This document shows, in pieces, positions 22,988 through 36,162 of a DNA stretch of 64,000 bases. The notes beneath the pieces were generated by a model. It saw only the letters and a list, made by a program, of their open reading frames with translations. It did not search any database and was not told the origin of the DNA. Numbering within the stretch: the first letter of the stretch is position 1; each line of letters opens with the position of its first letter. The position numbers and the translations under genes were made by a program. The stretch is from Pelagomonas calceolata (taxonomy: Eukaryota), in assembly GCA_918797485.1 (NCBI GenBank), contig CAKKNE010000006.1, forward strand, positions 2,356,001 to 2,420,000, in the 5' to 3' direction.

Positions 22988-23192
22988 TACAGCTTTAATA
23001 GAGCTGCTGCTCAGCCTCTCCCGGCTCGGAAAACCGCGAGCTAGCGTTCTGTAAGACATTAGCAAAGGTCGATTCTGGGGGGCAGCCCCGGCTGAGCGCA
23101 AAATGCAGGCCGCTTGGGCTTAAACGTCGTTTCATGCATGGCTTCTAATCGCACGAGCCCATAGGAGAGTGATGAGCGCAGCCCGAGCATAG

Positions 23193-24395
23193 ATGGGCGC
23201 CTGCCACAGCCAGGAGCGCGAACCCTGGGAGACCGCCCACAAAACAGAGCCATCATGCCAGGCCTGGCGCCTCGTCGACCGCGTCGCCGCCGCGCGGACG
23301 GCGCGCCGAGCGAACCGATCGACTATCCCGCTGCCGCTCGCGCCCGGGAGTCAGGTTTCGGCGCACATGGTGGTCTGCCCCCACGCGGCACGCGAAACCT
23401 TCGCCGAGGACTGCGACGCGTTGTCCAAGTCGCGGGGCCGTTGTGCCGCTCTGACGGCGGTGAACGGCGACGCCTGGCGCGCCCAGCGCCCGCTCGTCGC
23501 GAAGGCGTTGGGCGGCGCGCCGTCGCGCACGTCGCGCGCCGCCGCTGTGGCCGTCGCGGCGGATATGATGGCACAGCTGCGGGGCCCTGTCGACGCGCGC
23601 GAGGTAGGTTTACGCGTGGGGACAGCATGCGTCGTCGCCGCGATGGTCGGCTGTCGGGACGCGGCCCTCGAAGGCGCCGTCGCGGCGATTTTTGCGCCGT
23701 CGCTCGCGAGGGCGCACTACCGAGCGACGCCCGCCGAGGGCGCGCGCGTCGATGCCGCGTTGCGGGCGGCGGGCGACGGCGGCCTGCTCGCGGCGCTGCG
23801 GCAGGAGTGCGCGGCCGCTGGGTTTGAGGAAGGCGTCGCGCTCGACAATGCTCACCGCGCGCTCTTAGCAGGCGCGCAGACGATCGCCGCGACCCTTTGC
23901 TCGGCGCTCGCGTTTATTGCCGCCCATCCGCCTCAGAAGAGCCTCGACGCGCGCGCCGCGGTCCGTGAAACACTCCGGATTCTACCGCCCGTTGCCACGC
24001 TGCCGCGGCGCGTCGAGACCCGCGTCGACCTTGGGGGCGGTGGGGTCGCGCGCGGCGCTTGGGTTGTCGGCGACCTCGTGGCCTGCGCCCACGGCGGCGA
24101 CGCCGCGTCGCTTCGCTACGACCCTGCGCGGTCCGCCGACGGGGACGCGGCGCCGTGGGGAGTAGGCCCGCGCAGCTGCCCAGCGGGCCAACTCTCGACG
24201 GCCTGCGTCGCCGCAGCCCTCGAGGCGCTCGACGCGCGCGCGACGTGGCGCCTGGCCCGAAAGCGCGACGGCGTCGGCCCCGACGGCAGCTGTCGGTTCC
24301 TGGAGCCGCTCGTCTACGCGCGGACGCTGGCGTTTCCCCGGCCGGTGCCGCTCGTCGTCGACGAGAGGCGGCTCCCACGACCCCCGGATATGTAA
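23193..24395 (+). CDS. Divergent cytochrome P450
   Basis: I-helix AGAQT, ExxR (RETLR) and heme motif PWGVGPRSCPA. Confidence 0.7.
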   Translation: MGACHSQEREPWETAHKTEPSCQAWRLVDRVAAARTARRANRSTIPLPLAPGSQVSAHMVVCPHAARETFAEDCDALSKSRGRCAALTAVNGDAWRAQRPLVAKALGGAPSRTSRAAAVAVAADMMAQLRGPVDAREVGLRVGTACVVAAMVGCRDAALEGAVAAIFAPSLARAHYRATPAEGARVDAALRAAGDGGLLAALRQECAAAGFEEGVALDNAHRALLAGAQTIAATLCSALAFIAAHPPQKSLDARAAVRETLRILPPVATLPRRVETRVDLGGGGVARGAWVVGDLVACAHGGDAASLRYDPARSADGDAAPWGVGPRSCPAGQLSTACVAAALEALDARATWRLARKRDGVGPDGSCRFLEPLVYARTLAFPRPVPLVVDERRLPRPPDM

Positions 24396-24466
24396 CCTGT
24401 GAATTACTCTACAATGGATGAGGATATGAACTTGTGGGGGAGGGGGTACTTTGTGATGATGATGAT

Positions 24467-26769
24467 TCAAGAGTCCTCCGCCGCCATTGGTGCGCCTCCG
24501 CCGCATCCGCCGCCGCATCCGCCGCCGCCGCCGCAACCGCCGCCGCCGCCGCATCCGCCGCCGCCGCCGCATCCGCCGCCGCCGCCGCAGCCACCACCTC
24601 CGCAACTGGCCGCCGCGCCGGCCCCGCAACTACTGCCCGCGCCGCCGCCTCCGCACGCCGCCGCCCCGCAGGCCGCGCAGGCGCCGCCGCCACACCCTCC
24701 GCCGTCGTAGTTTGAGCTCTTGGCCCGCCGCGCCTTCTGGGCCGAGTAGTAGTCCCCGGACGCGATCAGCGCTTCAAGCTCCGCGATCTCTCTGGCGTAG
24801 CATCCAAAACAGAAGAAGCAGGCCGCGCAATCCTTCCTTTCCTTGAGCATCTTTTCCAAGCGGACCCGCATGATCTCGTCGCCGTGGGCCGTGCCGAAGC
24901 GGTAGTAGCCGTCGCCGAATTCGCCGGCACCAAATGCGTAGCCTGTGTGGAAATCAAAATTTTACGGCGCGTTCGTGCTGAATCGTCGCTTCGTCCTCCA
25001 CGCCGACACACTGGTTGATTTCCACACAGCGCGTAGCCCTCCCGCTGCGGGTTCGCGTTCGCCGTGGTCGTCGACTTGGGTGCCCCTGCAATAAAGTCGG
25101 GCGCCTTGCTGAACGGCACGGAGCCCCCGGCCGCGCGCCGCACGACGCGCGTGTTCTGGTTCGCCGTGTTGACCTGGATCATGCCCTCGGGCGGTCGCGC
25201 CGGCATCTTGGCCGACGTCGCCTGCGCGCCCCAGCGCACCTCGAAAGGGATACCTGGCAAGTTGACCGCACCGCCCGCCGGACTCTTTCCCATAGCAGCG
25301 GCGATGGCCGCCGTGCAGGCAGTGTCGTAGGGAGTCCAGCCACCCCCGGGGTCCCGGTGTTCGAATCCCGTGGTTCGCGTCAGCGAGAACGACTGGAGGT
25401 CGGCGACCGACCCGTCCGGGAGCGTCGCGGTGCCCTCGCCGCGCGCGTAGGCCTCGTTGACGGCCGCGTTCGCCGCGGCGTCGAGGCGGACGTTGGCTCC
25501 GTAGATCCACCAGGGCATCGAGGACACGTGGACACGGCGCACGACGCCCGTTTCCCTGCGCGTCTGCGTCATAGCCGAAAGATCGACGTCGTACAGGCCC
25601 AGCGACACCCTGCCTTTCGACGCGTACGCCGCCTCGAGCGTCGCCACGTCGTGCGGCTGGTACGCTATCCACTTGTGCAGCGCTATCCACTTGTGCACGC
25701 CTTTCGAGCTCGCCAGCGCGTCGCCTTCGACGCTCCAGACGCGCGGGACGACGTACGACGTGCCGACGACGACGCCCTCGGCCACCGGCGGCGCCCCGCC
25801 CGGCTGCCACGTGACTCCGGCGGCCTCGCGCAGCAGCCGCCACCGAATCTCGACCGTCTCCTTCTCCCAGGTCGGTTCGAAGTAGGCCTCGGGCGGCTCG
25901 CCGCGGTACATGCCGCCCGGGACCGCGTATCGTTCGCCGCCGTACGCCTCGGCCCAGAGCTTCTGCGTGACCGCGTACTGGCGGTTCAGCTTGGAACCCT
26001 CGGCGCGGTCGTTGACGGAGTCGTCGTGGGGCAGCTCGAAGCCGCACAGCCGCCGCGTGTCGGCCGCGTATGTGCTGGCGCTCGCCAAGATGTGCGTGTG
26101 CCAGAAGAGGTCGATCTGGTAGGTGGGCACGAGGAATTCGCCGCTGCGCATGAGCCGGAGAAAGTTCTCGTAGCGTTTTACGCCATCGTGCAGGAAATAG
26201 CCCTCGTCGAACCGCGGGCCGGACACCTGCCAGAGGAACGTGCGCTGGCGTTCGCACGCCGCCGCCACGTCGAAGCCGTCGAGGACGAGGGTGCCGGCGT
26301 CGTCTCCGCTATCGCCTTCGAGGAAGAACGGCTCGTCCGGGTAGGCGGCGGCCCAGGCCTTCTGTGTCGCGTTCTGTGTCGCGCCCTCCGCTTGGATGAG
26401 GAACGGCTTCGTCTCCGGCAGGCCGAGGCGCCGCGCCGTCCTAGCGTAGCTCCGGGGCGCGAGCCGGTGGCAGTGCCAGGCCCAGGCGACGTCCGGCGGC
26501 GGCGCGAGCGCCGCGCCCGGCTTTGCGGCGGCGAGGAGCGGCAGCCACTTGGATGCGTAGCGCTCGAGCGTCTTGGCCGACGGGGCGCTCAGGGACACGC
26601 CGGCCCGGTGCGCCGCCCGGAGGAACGCGAGGTGCTGCGGGACCGCGGCGAGCAGGGCCTTTGCGTCGAGGCCTTCAGCCGACGACCCGGCCTCGAGGCT
26701 GAGCCGTGCCTGGGCCTTGGCCAGACCTGCCTCGACGGGGTCGATGGGCGGTGGCGGGAGGGCTTGCAT
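24467..26769 (-). CDS. Glycine-rich domain protein (GRDP/DUF1399-like) with WWE-like domains and Gly/Cys-rich tail; one intron
   Basis: PPPDVAWAWHCHRLAP, LVPTYQIDLFWHTH, HDDSVNDR; REG|YAFG joined across 24943-25037; C-terminal (GGGGGC)n. Confidence 0.8.
24495..24707 (-). repeat. Coding low-complexity GGC/TGC repeat (Gly/Cys tail)
   Basis: Tandem CCGCCGCCGC(A/C) units on the + strand. Confidence 0.85.
24943..25037 (-). mobile_element. Introner element, GC-AG intron, TSD GCTACGCG/GCTACGCA
   Basis: Perfect 15-bp TIR CTGTGTGGAAATCAA...TTGATTTCCACACAG (24943-25029). Confidence 0.9.
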
Positions 26770-27081
26770 CGCCTTGTAGCTGCAGTCTCAGTGCAGATGG
26801 ATGCTGCACTGTGATGCCGCCCGTTGTGTAGGGGCAGCCTTGCCGAGTCCGGACTTCGCCCGCACTCCTTTCTTTGCACTCCTCCGGTCGGTTTACGCCT
26901 CGCAGGCGTACGCGTGCAGAATTTTTCTTTTCGGTGCTGTGGAGCTAGCGGCTTGTAAGACACTAGCAAGCAAGCACTACTTGGGAGAGCTCCTAGCGCC
27001 GTACCAATATACCCAAGGAGGGCCCTGGGCGCCCAAGCCGAAGCATGAAAGTCCGGGACGCAAAGTAATATATAACCAACC

Positions 27082-29034
<1,953 letters not shown>

Positions 29035-29586
29035 CTAGACGTCGCGTCGGCGGCGCCGCGGCGGCGGGCGTCGTGCGCGGTCCCGTTTCTCAGCCGCGCG
29101 CCGTCGAGTTTCGGGGCGTCGCGCCGGCGGGCGTCGGGCGCGACCTGTTCTCAGCCGCGCGGCGTCGGGCGCGCGCGGTCGGCCCCGACACTCAAAGTGC
29201 AGGAGTGCTGTCCCAGGGCCTGCGGCGTCCTAGGCGCGCCAGCGCTTTGCAGCTCGCTTAGGTCCTCGAAACGCAGTCTTCTGCAGACGCTCAAACGCGG
29301 CGCGGCGCTCTGCGGAACCACTCGTTTTGCTCCTCGGTACAAGGGCTGCTGCAAATTACTGCGAGCACCGAGTTTGTCCTTGTGGAGGCTTCGCACGGCG
29401 TCCGCCGACTGCTGTAGCCCTGCGGAGAAATATTTCGTTGCATGCAGGCACGCCGCTGAGTCTAGTGTCTATCATCTAGCTCCAAGCTTGGTCTTGGTCG
29501 TCTTGTTGGGCATTGCGATCACTGGGGCAATCGATTCCACCTGATTTATATCGCCAACAACTCGCACGCGATCGCTAGCAGCCACC

Positions 29587-30819
29587 ATGGCCGAATGCAC
29601 CATGTCACGCGAGCAGCGCGACGCGCTAGACACAAGGGTCAGGCACATGCTCGACCTATGCGTGCGCCTGAAAGAGTTGATCGGCACGTATGAAACGGAC
29701 GACGAGGGCTACTTCCTCCTCGACGAGCGCGGTGATGTGAAACGCGCGGACGCCGCGGATGATTCGACCGTGACGACTTCGGCGGCGGCCGGAGTCCGCG
29801 GCGCGGGGTCCAGCGTCGCCGTCGAGGCGCTGCGACTGGTGCTTCAGCACGTCTGTCATGCTGACCACGTGGCGCTCTCGGCTCGGCCCGACGCGCCGGC
29901 CACGTGTTTTGCGGTGCGCTACTGGGAACGGTCGATGGAGGTCGCTGACGGCCACGGTGACTGCGGTCCCGCGCTCACATCCGAGGCCGCGGCGCTGAAG
30001 CTCTGTCGTAGGGAAGCGCACAGAATGGACCGAATGTGCGGCGTCGGATACGGCGCTACACAGCTAGGAGCAGCGGACAGCTGGTTGTGGCGCGTCCAGG
30101 CTGAGCTCGGTACGATCGTCTTTAAAGTTGTCGAGCTAGAGGTGCACGGCGGCACCATCGAGGACGTCGTGTCATACATGGACTTGCGGACGCTCGCCGC
30201 GCTGCGCGTCGTCGTCGGCCCGGACGAATCGATCGGCAAGCTATTTAATGCGGTCGTGACGCTGCGCGAGACGAAGACGCCCCGCGTGCTGCACGCTGTC
30301 GTCCACAGTACTGATATAGGGTTCAATATCGCACGTGTCTTCAAGGGCGCGACCGACGCCGCGCGCTCTATTTCCCTTGACTGTCGCACCGAACGGCCTT
30401 ACCCGATGGACGTGCTCCGCCTTGCTGCTGCGGCCAAAAGCGCATATAATGAAGTGGAGGCACAACTGTTCAAAGGATGCGTTGTTGGACCCGCGCGCCG
30501 CTCAAGCAAAGATTATCAGCATCGCCTGCAGATGAAAAAGGACATCCGCCGCAGCTTGCCCTTCTCCTTCGACGTCCCGCTTTTCAAGCTTTTGGACAGC
30601 GTGCCCTTCGACGCCACGTGCTTCCTGAAACGCCCCGACGGCGCGTACGACGAGGACGACGAGGACTACGTCGACGAAGACGCCTTCGTCGCCGTCCGCC
30701 CGCTAGATCTCGTTGCCGAAGTGAGGGCTACCTCCAACTGGGGCAGCTCGCTCGCGGACGGTGTTGGTACGCTGGAATATCCCAAAACACGAGTGGTGTG
30801 CAGTCGTGCCGCGCGGTGA
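29587..30819 (+). CDS. Hypothetical protein
   Basis: 410-aa ATG-started ORF with coding-like composition; no recognised domain. Confidence 0.6.
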   Translation: MAECTMSREQRDALDTRVRHMLDLCVRLKELIGTYETDDEGYFLLDERGDVKRADAADDSTVTTSAAAGVRGAGSSVAVEALRLVLQHVCHADHVALSARPDAPATCFAVRYWERSMEVADGHGDCGPALTSEAAALKLCRREAHRMDRMCGVGYGATQLGAADSWLWRVQAELGTIVFKVVELEVHGGTIEDVVSYMDLRTLAALRVVVGPDESIGKLFNAVVTLRETKTPRVLHAVVHSTDIGFNIARVFKGATDAARSISLDCRTERPYPMDVLRLAAAAKSAYNEVEAQLFKGCVVGPARRSSKDYQHRLQMKKDIRRSLPFSFDVPLFKLLDSVPFDATCFLKRPDGAYDEDDEDYVDEDAFVAVRPLDLVAEVRATSNWGSSLADGVGTLEYPKTRVVCSRAAR

Positions 30820-30843
30820 ACTTGTGCTAAGTATACTACTGTC

Positions 30844-31770
30844 TTACACATCACAGGGCTCTACGTCCGCCACCCCCTCCGCACAAACGCGAAACGCCGC
30901 CTCGCCCCTAGAACCATCGGGAGCCTTCGCCAGGGCACACCGACACACACCATCACGAGGCGCCGCCAGCGCCAATCTCAAGGAAGCACACGTCGACCAC
31001 ACGGGCCCGAGCGCGGCCTTCCAGCTCTCGTCGAAGAACGCGCCTTCGTCGTCCATGCCGTCGGACAAGCCTCGCGCCGTGGAGTTCGCCACGAGGACGC
31101 AAACGCCCTGCCGCGCTAGAGTTTGTAAAGCGCGCGTCGCCAGCGCTAAGAGTTGGTGCCCCTGCGGGTTCCGGTCCCCGCCGAGATTCGGCGTCAGCAC
31201 CCGCGACGGCGCGTCGACGACGCAAACGTCTCCTGGTTTTAAAAACCGCCCGGCGTCGTCCAAAGATCGTAACATGGCCCACGCGTCTTCGGCAAAACAG
31301 ACCCGTATCAAATCTAACCTACCTTTCATGGACCGCGCTCTCGCTGGTGAGAAGGAGCTTGAACCAGCGTCGACCCAGGCCACGTTTCTACCTCTTTCAG
31401 AGGCTCGGCACGCCGTCGCGAGTAGCAATTGCGTCTTTCCCGAGCAAGTGGGACCGACGACTTCGGCCACGTCGCCTCCCCTAAACCCGCCCCCCAACAA
31501 GGCATCAATCGCGGCGCAGCCCGTTGGCGTGAGTACCTCTTCATCTTGTAGAGTTGAGGCGTTCCGTAGGGGCGCGTAGTGGTGTGCGACGGCTTTTCTG
31601 AATGCAGCGAGGGCGCCGCGCGGCAAATCGATTTGAGCTTCGAGCGCCTCGAGGTCCCTCTCCAAAAGCGCTTCGACACTTAATACTGGAGGCGCTATGT
31701 GTTGGAGCGCGGCGACGGCGGCCTCCGCGGCGGCGGCGTCGGGCAGTACTAAACTGCTGAGGAGCGGCAT
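30844..31770 (-). CDS. RAD51 paralog (RAD51D/XRCC-like)
   Basis: TGCAAIDALLGGG, Walker A GPTCSGKTQL, KAALGPVWS. Confidence 0.8.
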   Translation of the reverse strand: MPLLSSLVLPDAAAAEAAVAALQHIAPPVLSVEALLERDLEALEAQIDLPRGALAAFRKAVAHHYAPLRNASTLQDEEVLTPTGCAAIDALLGGGFRGGDVAEVVGPTCSGKTQLLLATACRASERGRNVAWVDAGSSSFSPARARSMKGRLDLIRVCFAEDAWAMLRSLDDAGRFLKPGDVCVVDAPSRVLTPNLGGDRNPQGHQLLALATRALQTLARQGVCVLVANSTARGLSDGMDDEGAFFDESWKAALGPVWSTCASLRLALAAPRDGVCRCALAKAPDGSRGEAAFRVCAEGVADVEPCDV

Positions 31771-32223
31771 TCTTGTATTCGCGCGGCGGCTGGCATGCGC
31801 GCGGCGTCTCGCGTCGTCTTGTCGCGCTGTGATGCGCGCGCAAATGAGCTGTGCAGAGGTGAGCAGGCTCGGCGGCTTGGCGCGGCCCCACCGCCTAAAA
31901 TAGATGGATTGGCTGTTGTCAGACGTCTTTTCTGAGTACGTCAAACAGAAATTGCGCTGTCTAGCCCACGTATAACGCCGGCGCGGCTTGCGCGCGCTCG
32001 ACGCTTTGCGTGCTAGTGCCTTACAAGACGCTAGTTAACTCGGCCGAGGCGCGCGCGAGCACACCATCGCGGCACCCTCCGCGCGTGATACGCAGCGGCA
32101 CATTCCTTTAGACCCATCGCTGCGTGTTGGCCTCGCGGAAATCGCGCGCCGCCGCCGTCGCCGCCGTGCTTGGTCCAAGCCCCTCAGCTGCAGCGAGTCG
32201 CCGGGAGCGCGCACGCGACAACC

Positions 32224-35200
32224 ATGGCGCAACCGACGGCCTGGGACGCCGACTGCGTCGCTATTAGATGCGCTCTTACTATAGACGTCGCCGAGCGCAC
32301 GTTCAAGGGACGCGCGTCAGTATGGGTGCGAGCGCCGAGAGCATCCTCATTAAAGCTGCACTGTCGAGGTGTCACCATAACAAATGTCGAAGTGAACGGT
32401 ATTAAGACAAGATGGCGCTTAAGAGACCCGGTGGCCGAAGTGTCACAAACAAAAATCCAAGGCGCCGGCGCCCTCGAAGCGGCGGCATGGTTAAGTGCAG
32501 CAGAAGAGGCGTGCAAGAGTGGGGAACTCGAAATAGAAGTGCCGGCCAAGGTCCACCTTGAGACACTGCCGGAACATGATGGCTGTGACGATGATTTCGC
32601 GCGCAAAGCGCGCCGGAGCTGTGCGACGAGACTACCGAGCATGTCCAACATCGAACGAGACGATCGGTTGGTTGTTGTGGAGTACGAAGGCAGTGATGGC
32701 CTGGACTTCACATCCAACAGTTGCATGACGCGTTGTCGGCGGGGCGCGGCGCCGGACATTAACGGTACAAGGTGCTGGTGCCCCTGTGTGGACCGATGCG
32801 ACGTGGCGCATGCGTGGCGGTTGGAAATCACAACTGATTTGGGAGTGGCCTGTTCCGGCATCAGAAGGCCCGACGTCGATGGCGCGCACTGCTACGAAGT
32901 CAAGGGAAGGGCTCGTTCAATAGGCTTTGTGGTCGGCAAATTCGCCGCGAAAGAAAGAGCCGTAAGAGTCGCGTCCGTGAAAGCGGCGCTGGAAACGGGC
33001 CGGCCCAAACTTACCAGGGTGGACACGGACACGCCTAGTCATTACCGGTCCCTGGGCGGCGACGCGATCATGCGACACGATTCTGTCGAGATCATGCGCG
33101 ACGACCCCATTACCCAAACGCCTTCACTAGAGCGGCCGTCCATCGAGCGGGTGAACACGTCGGAACAAACGCCGGATTGGATCCCGCCGACGCCTGGGAG
33201 AGCTGTGAGTCAGGCCGTAGGCGAGTCGTCGTTGTTTGTGTATGACGAGAGGAACGACGTCCTAGACTCACGAAGGGAGAAGGCGCGAGCTAGAGCCGTG
33301 TCTTCTGCGTTAGAAGCGTGCGGCGACGCGGCGCAGTTCTATCGGGCCTTCCTCAAGTGCAGCGGCAAGGGCCACTCCGTGGTACTGTTGGACGACATTC
33401 CTTCTGGTACTTGTGCCTCTTTTGCCAATTTGACAGTACTGAAACGGTCTTTAGCTTGTGGCTTAGATAGGGTTGATATCGGTGGTGTTGGCGATGCGGT
33501 CCTCTTGGCGTTATTTGAATCTTTATCGTTACAATTATCATGTGACGACGACTGCACCTTGGCTAACGCAATACCGTGGTACATTCTACTAAAATACGTC
33601 GAGCGGTCGCGGGGCCGCGACGCGTGCTCGGCGCTGACGAAGTTCATGCGCGACGATTTGAATGCTTCCAAAGACCCTATCAATGCGGGCTGCGTCGGGT
33701 GTCTAGCTCTGAGAGAATTAGATGCGTCCCAAGGCCGGGGTGTCGTGCGCGACTCATTGAGACGCATCGCCTCGTCGGAGTCCTGGTCTCGTGACGTTCT
33801 CCAAGCTTCGTTTACCGGAGATGTCGATGCGTCCTTCCGATCGCTGGTGCAGAACGACCTCAGTAAAGCGGTACAACTGGGCTACACGTATGATCCCCAA
33901 AAACATTTAGTGGTCTGTGAGCTGGTCGGAGATAAACACTTCCGCGGGCCGTTATCTGTTAGAGTGGTGGAGGCCGAGAGCGGCTGGGACTACGAGAAGG
34001 CCGTCGAGGCGTCGAAGCATCGATGGGAGTTCGGCTGCCGGAGTAGCGGAGGCGCCTACGCCTCACTCAGACAAAAACACGGCCGCCACCACCACATCGC
34101 GGCCAAGGCGTTGACGGACGACGACCGGAAGCGCGTCCAGGCCTACGACGAGTCGACGAAGTTCCAGCGGCCGAAGATTCCCGAAGGGGCCCGGCGACGG
34201 CCCTGGAGGGCTAAGAGAGATGAACCGGAACGAGCTACGGACGCCGCCGAGTTCGCCCAGCGCGCCGTCGACCGCGAGGAGAAACGAAAGAGGAAAAGAG
34301 GAGATAAGGAGGACTCGTCGTCGTCGTCTTCTTCGTCCTCTGAGGATGAGAGCGACGACGACCGGCCGCGGCGCAACGCCGTCGAGCAGGAGGATGTCTT
34401 GCGAGGTGCTCGGGCGGCGAAGACGGACCCGATCTTGTATGTGAGTGCCGACCCTGAAAAAGCTCGCTTCCGCTCGATCACGGTAGCTCAAAGTGCAAAG
34501 GCCTGGGTGGAACGATTACTGGGTTCCGACGACGCCGCGTCGCAGTTGGAGAGTGTCGATGCTTTGATTTCCACGGTGCACGGCGAAGTCGAGGATCGAT
34601 TGTTAGCTGCTCGAGCATTGGCCTGTGCGGCCCGCGGGTCCTCAAAAAGGCGCGACGCTTCCATAGAAACGCGCACGGCGGCCATCGCCGCGTTGGCCGC
34701 GTGGCAGCGCCTCGAGATTCTCCGAGCGTCCCAGGAGAAGACTCCACCTTCGGCGTTTGGCGACGCCCAGCTGCGGGTGGCTTTCGATGAAAGGTATCGG
34801 AAGAACGGCAAGGCCTTCCCCCACGGCGGGCTACGGGCGCCGTCGTTCCTCCGGAGCGACGCGAAGGCCGGCGACGCGCTGGCTTTGAAAACGGCCCTCG
34901 TCGCGGCGTTGGGGGATGCGCGGCCTCATAGGGCCAAACGTAGAGCGAGAGGCGCTGATGATGCCCTACTCCGAGTCGTGGAGCTCTTAAGGCACCAGCA
35001 CGACTTGGTCGATGACGACGCAGCATTACCGTCCGACGTCTTCGTGGCGCACGCGTTAAGTGCCTTGGCGTCGTGCTGCCGGACCTCTGGCAGTGCGAAA
35101 GACTTAGAAAAAGCTAAACAACAGTGCGAGCGGTATTTGAGGTGGGATCTGCGGCATAAGACGTCGGTCAACGCTTGCGTGGCGTCGGCGGCGTTGCACG

Positions 35201-36000
35201 CGCTCTGTCACGTCTCGAAGGCGTTGTGTCGGAGAGCAATGGTCGTCCCAGAAGTCCAAGGCGAGCGCGATTCGAGTGACGAGGGGGAACAGGAAGAACC
35301 GGCGAAGGCGCAGGCTCGGTTGCGGGCGGCGGCTCAGAAAGAGGCCGTGTTGTTGCCTCGACAATATGCTTCTGCGGAGTATCCTCGAGCTGTCCGCGCG
35401 ACGGCTATTCGCCTGGCGTTAGATCTGGCCTCGGAGGTCCGCGGGCAGCTGCCGGCCGCTTTGCAGTGGGCTCTGACGACACTGGAGACCGAGGAGACTT
35501 ATGTGAGAAGGATAGGCGCGCAGGCTTTGGTAGCTGTGCTAAGGGGCGAGGACGCGGTTTACTTGCGAGCAAGACCTGGTACTGCTTTAGGCGTGCCCTG
35601 CGGCCTGGACTTGGACGAACCTTTACTGGGAAGACCTCGGGTAAGGGCGGACCCTCATGCCGTCAAGGGCGAGCCTTCATCGATGCCGAAGCTGCTCCAG
35701 GCCGTCGACGACGCGTTGGCTCAAAGACCGGCTTTATTTGATAGCGTGTGGCGCCGCTCTCTCTTAGATGTGCGGTTTGCTCTCGGAGCGCCGCAGGACG
35801 CTTTAACTGCGAAGGAGAAGTTGCCCGCGGAGCTGGCGGTGCACGTCGACGCGGTTGCGGCGTTGGACAAGCGGCGCTTCGCGCGGGAGGCTCCCGTATG
35901 TTTGGTGACGAAGTCGACGGCTCCCAAGTTCAAGTTCACGGTCAAGCGGCGGTCGCAGCCGTCGCTGTCGCCCGGGGGGGTGTCGGTGCCGGGGGCGTAA
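32224..36000 (+). CDS. TAF2: TFIID subunit 2-like (M1 aminopeptidase-like fold), divergent
   Basis: LKLHCRGVTITNVEVNG, SGELEI, TRCWCPCVD, FRGPLSVRVVE, ILYVSADPE; intronless. Confidence 0.65.
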   Translation: MAQPTAWDADCVAIRCALTIDVAERTFKGRASVWVRAPRASSLKLHCRGVTITNVEVNGIKTRWRLRDPVAEVSQTKIQGAGALEAAAWLSAAEEACKSGELEIEVPAKVHLETLPEHDGCDDDFARKARRSCATRLPSMSNIERDDRLVVVEYEGSDGLDFTSNSCMTRCRRGAAPDINGTRCWCPCVDRCDVAHAWRLEITTDLGVACSGIRRPDVDGAHCYEVKGRARSIGFVVGKFAAKERAVRVASVKAALETGRPKLTRVDTDTPSHYRSLGGDAIMRHDSVEIMRDDPITQTPSLERPSIERVNTSEQTPDWIPPTPGRAVSQAVGESSLFVYDERNDVLDSRREKARARAVSSALEACGDAAQFYRAFLKCSGKGHSVVLLDDIPSGTCASFANLTVLKRSLACGLDRVDIGGVGDAVLLALFESLSLQLSCDDDCTLANAIPWYILLKYVERSRGRDACSALTKFMRDDLNASKDPINAGCVGCLALRELDASQGRGVVRDSLRRIASSESWSRDVLQASFTGDVDASFRSLVQNDLSKAVQLGYTYDPQKHLVVCELVGDKHFRGPLSVRVVEAESGWDYEKAVEASKHRWEFGCRSSGGAYASLRQKHGRHHHIAAKALTDDDRKRVQAYDESTKFQRPKIPEGARRRPWRAKRDEPERATDAAEFAQRAVDREEKRKRKRGDKEDSSSSSSSSSEDESDDDRPRRNAVEQEDVLRGARAAKTDPILYVSADPEKARFRSITVAQSAKAWVERLLGSDDAASQLESVDALISTVHGEVEDRLLAARALACAARGSSKRRDASIETRTAAIAALAAWQRLEILRASQEKTPPSAFGDAQLRVAFDERYRKNGKAFPHGGLRAPSFLRSDAKAGDALALKTALVAALGDARPHRAKRRARGADDALLRVVELLRHQHDLVDDDAALPSDVFVAHALSALASCCRTSGSAKDLEKAKQQCERYLRWDLRHKTSVNACVASAALHALCHVSKALCRRAMVVPEVQGERDSSDEGEQEEPAKAQARLRAAAQKEAVLLPRQYASAEYPRAVRATAIRLALDLASEVRGQLPAALQWALTTLETEETYVRRIGAQALVAVLRGEDAVYLRARPGTALGVPCGLDLDEPLLGRPRVRADPHAVKGEPSSMPKLLQAVDDALAQRPALFDSVWRRSLLDVRFALGAPQDALTAKEKLPAELAVHVDAVAALDKRRFAREAPVCLVTKSTAPKFKFTVKRRSQPSLSPGGVSVPGA

Positions 36001-36162
36001 GTTGGGTAGGATGTGCTAGTCACGTGCGCCATGCGACCGGACCTCACTACTCCGAGTGGAGCGCAGATGATATGAGAGATAGAGTTGATATGTTCAAGTA
36101 AGCGGGCGCGCCGCGATGGGGACGGGAAATGGGGATGGGGAGAGCGCGCGTCCTAGAGACGC

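Noticed and set aside
24399..24846. Pro-rich, Ala-rich and Arg-rich ORFs on +
   Set aside because: Antisense readings of the Gly/Cys repeat tail of the GRDP gene
25015..26814. 599-aa ORF on + and many similar long overlapping ORFs
   Set aside because: Shadow ORFs expected from high GC3; no recognisable domains
36030..36105. Possible upstream exon with a GTAAGC donor for the truncated Dispatched-like gene
   Set aside because: Its phase does not match the acceptor at 37525, and it is far too short to supply the missing domain
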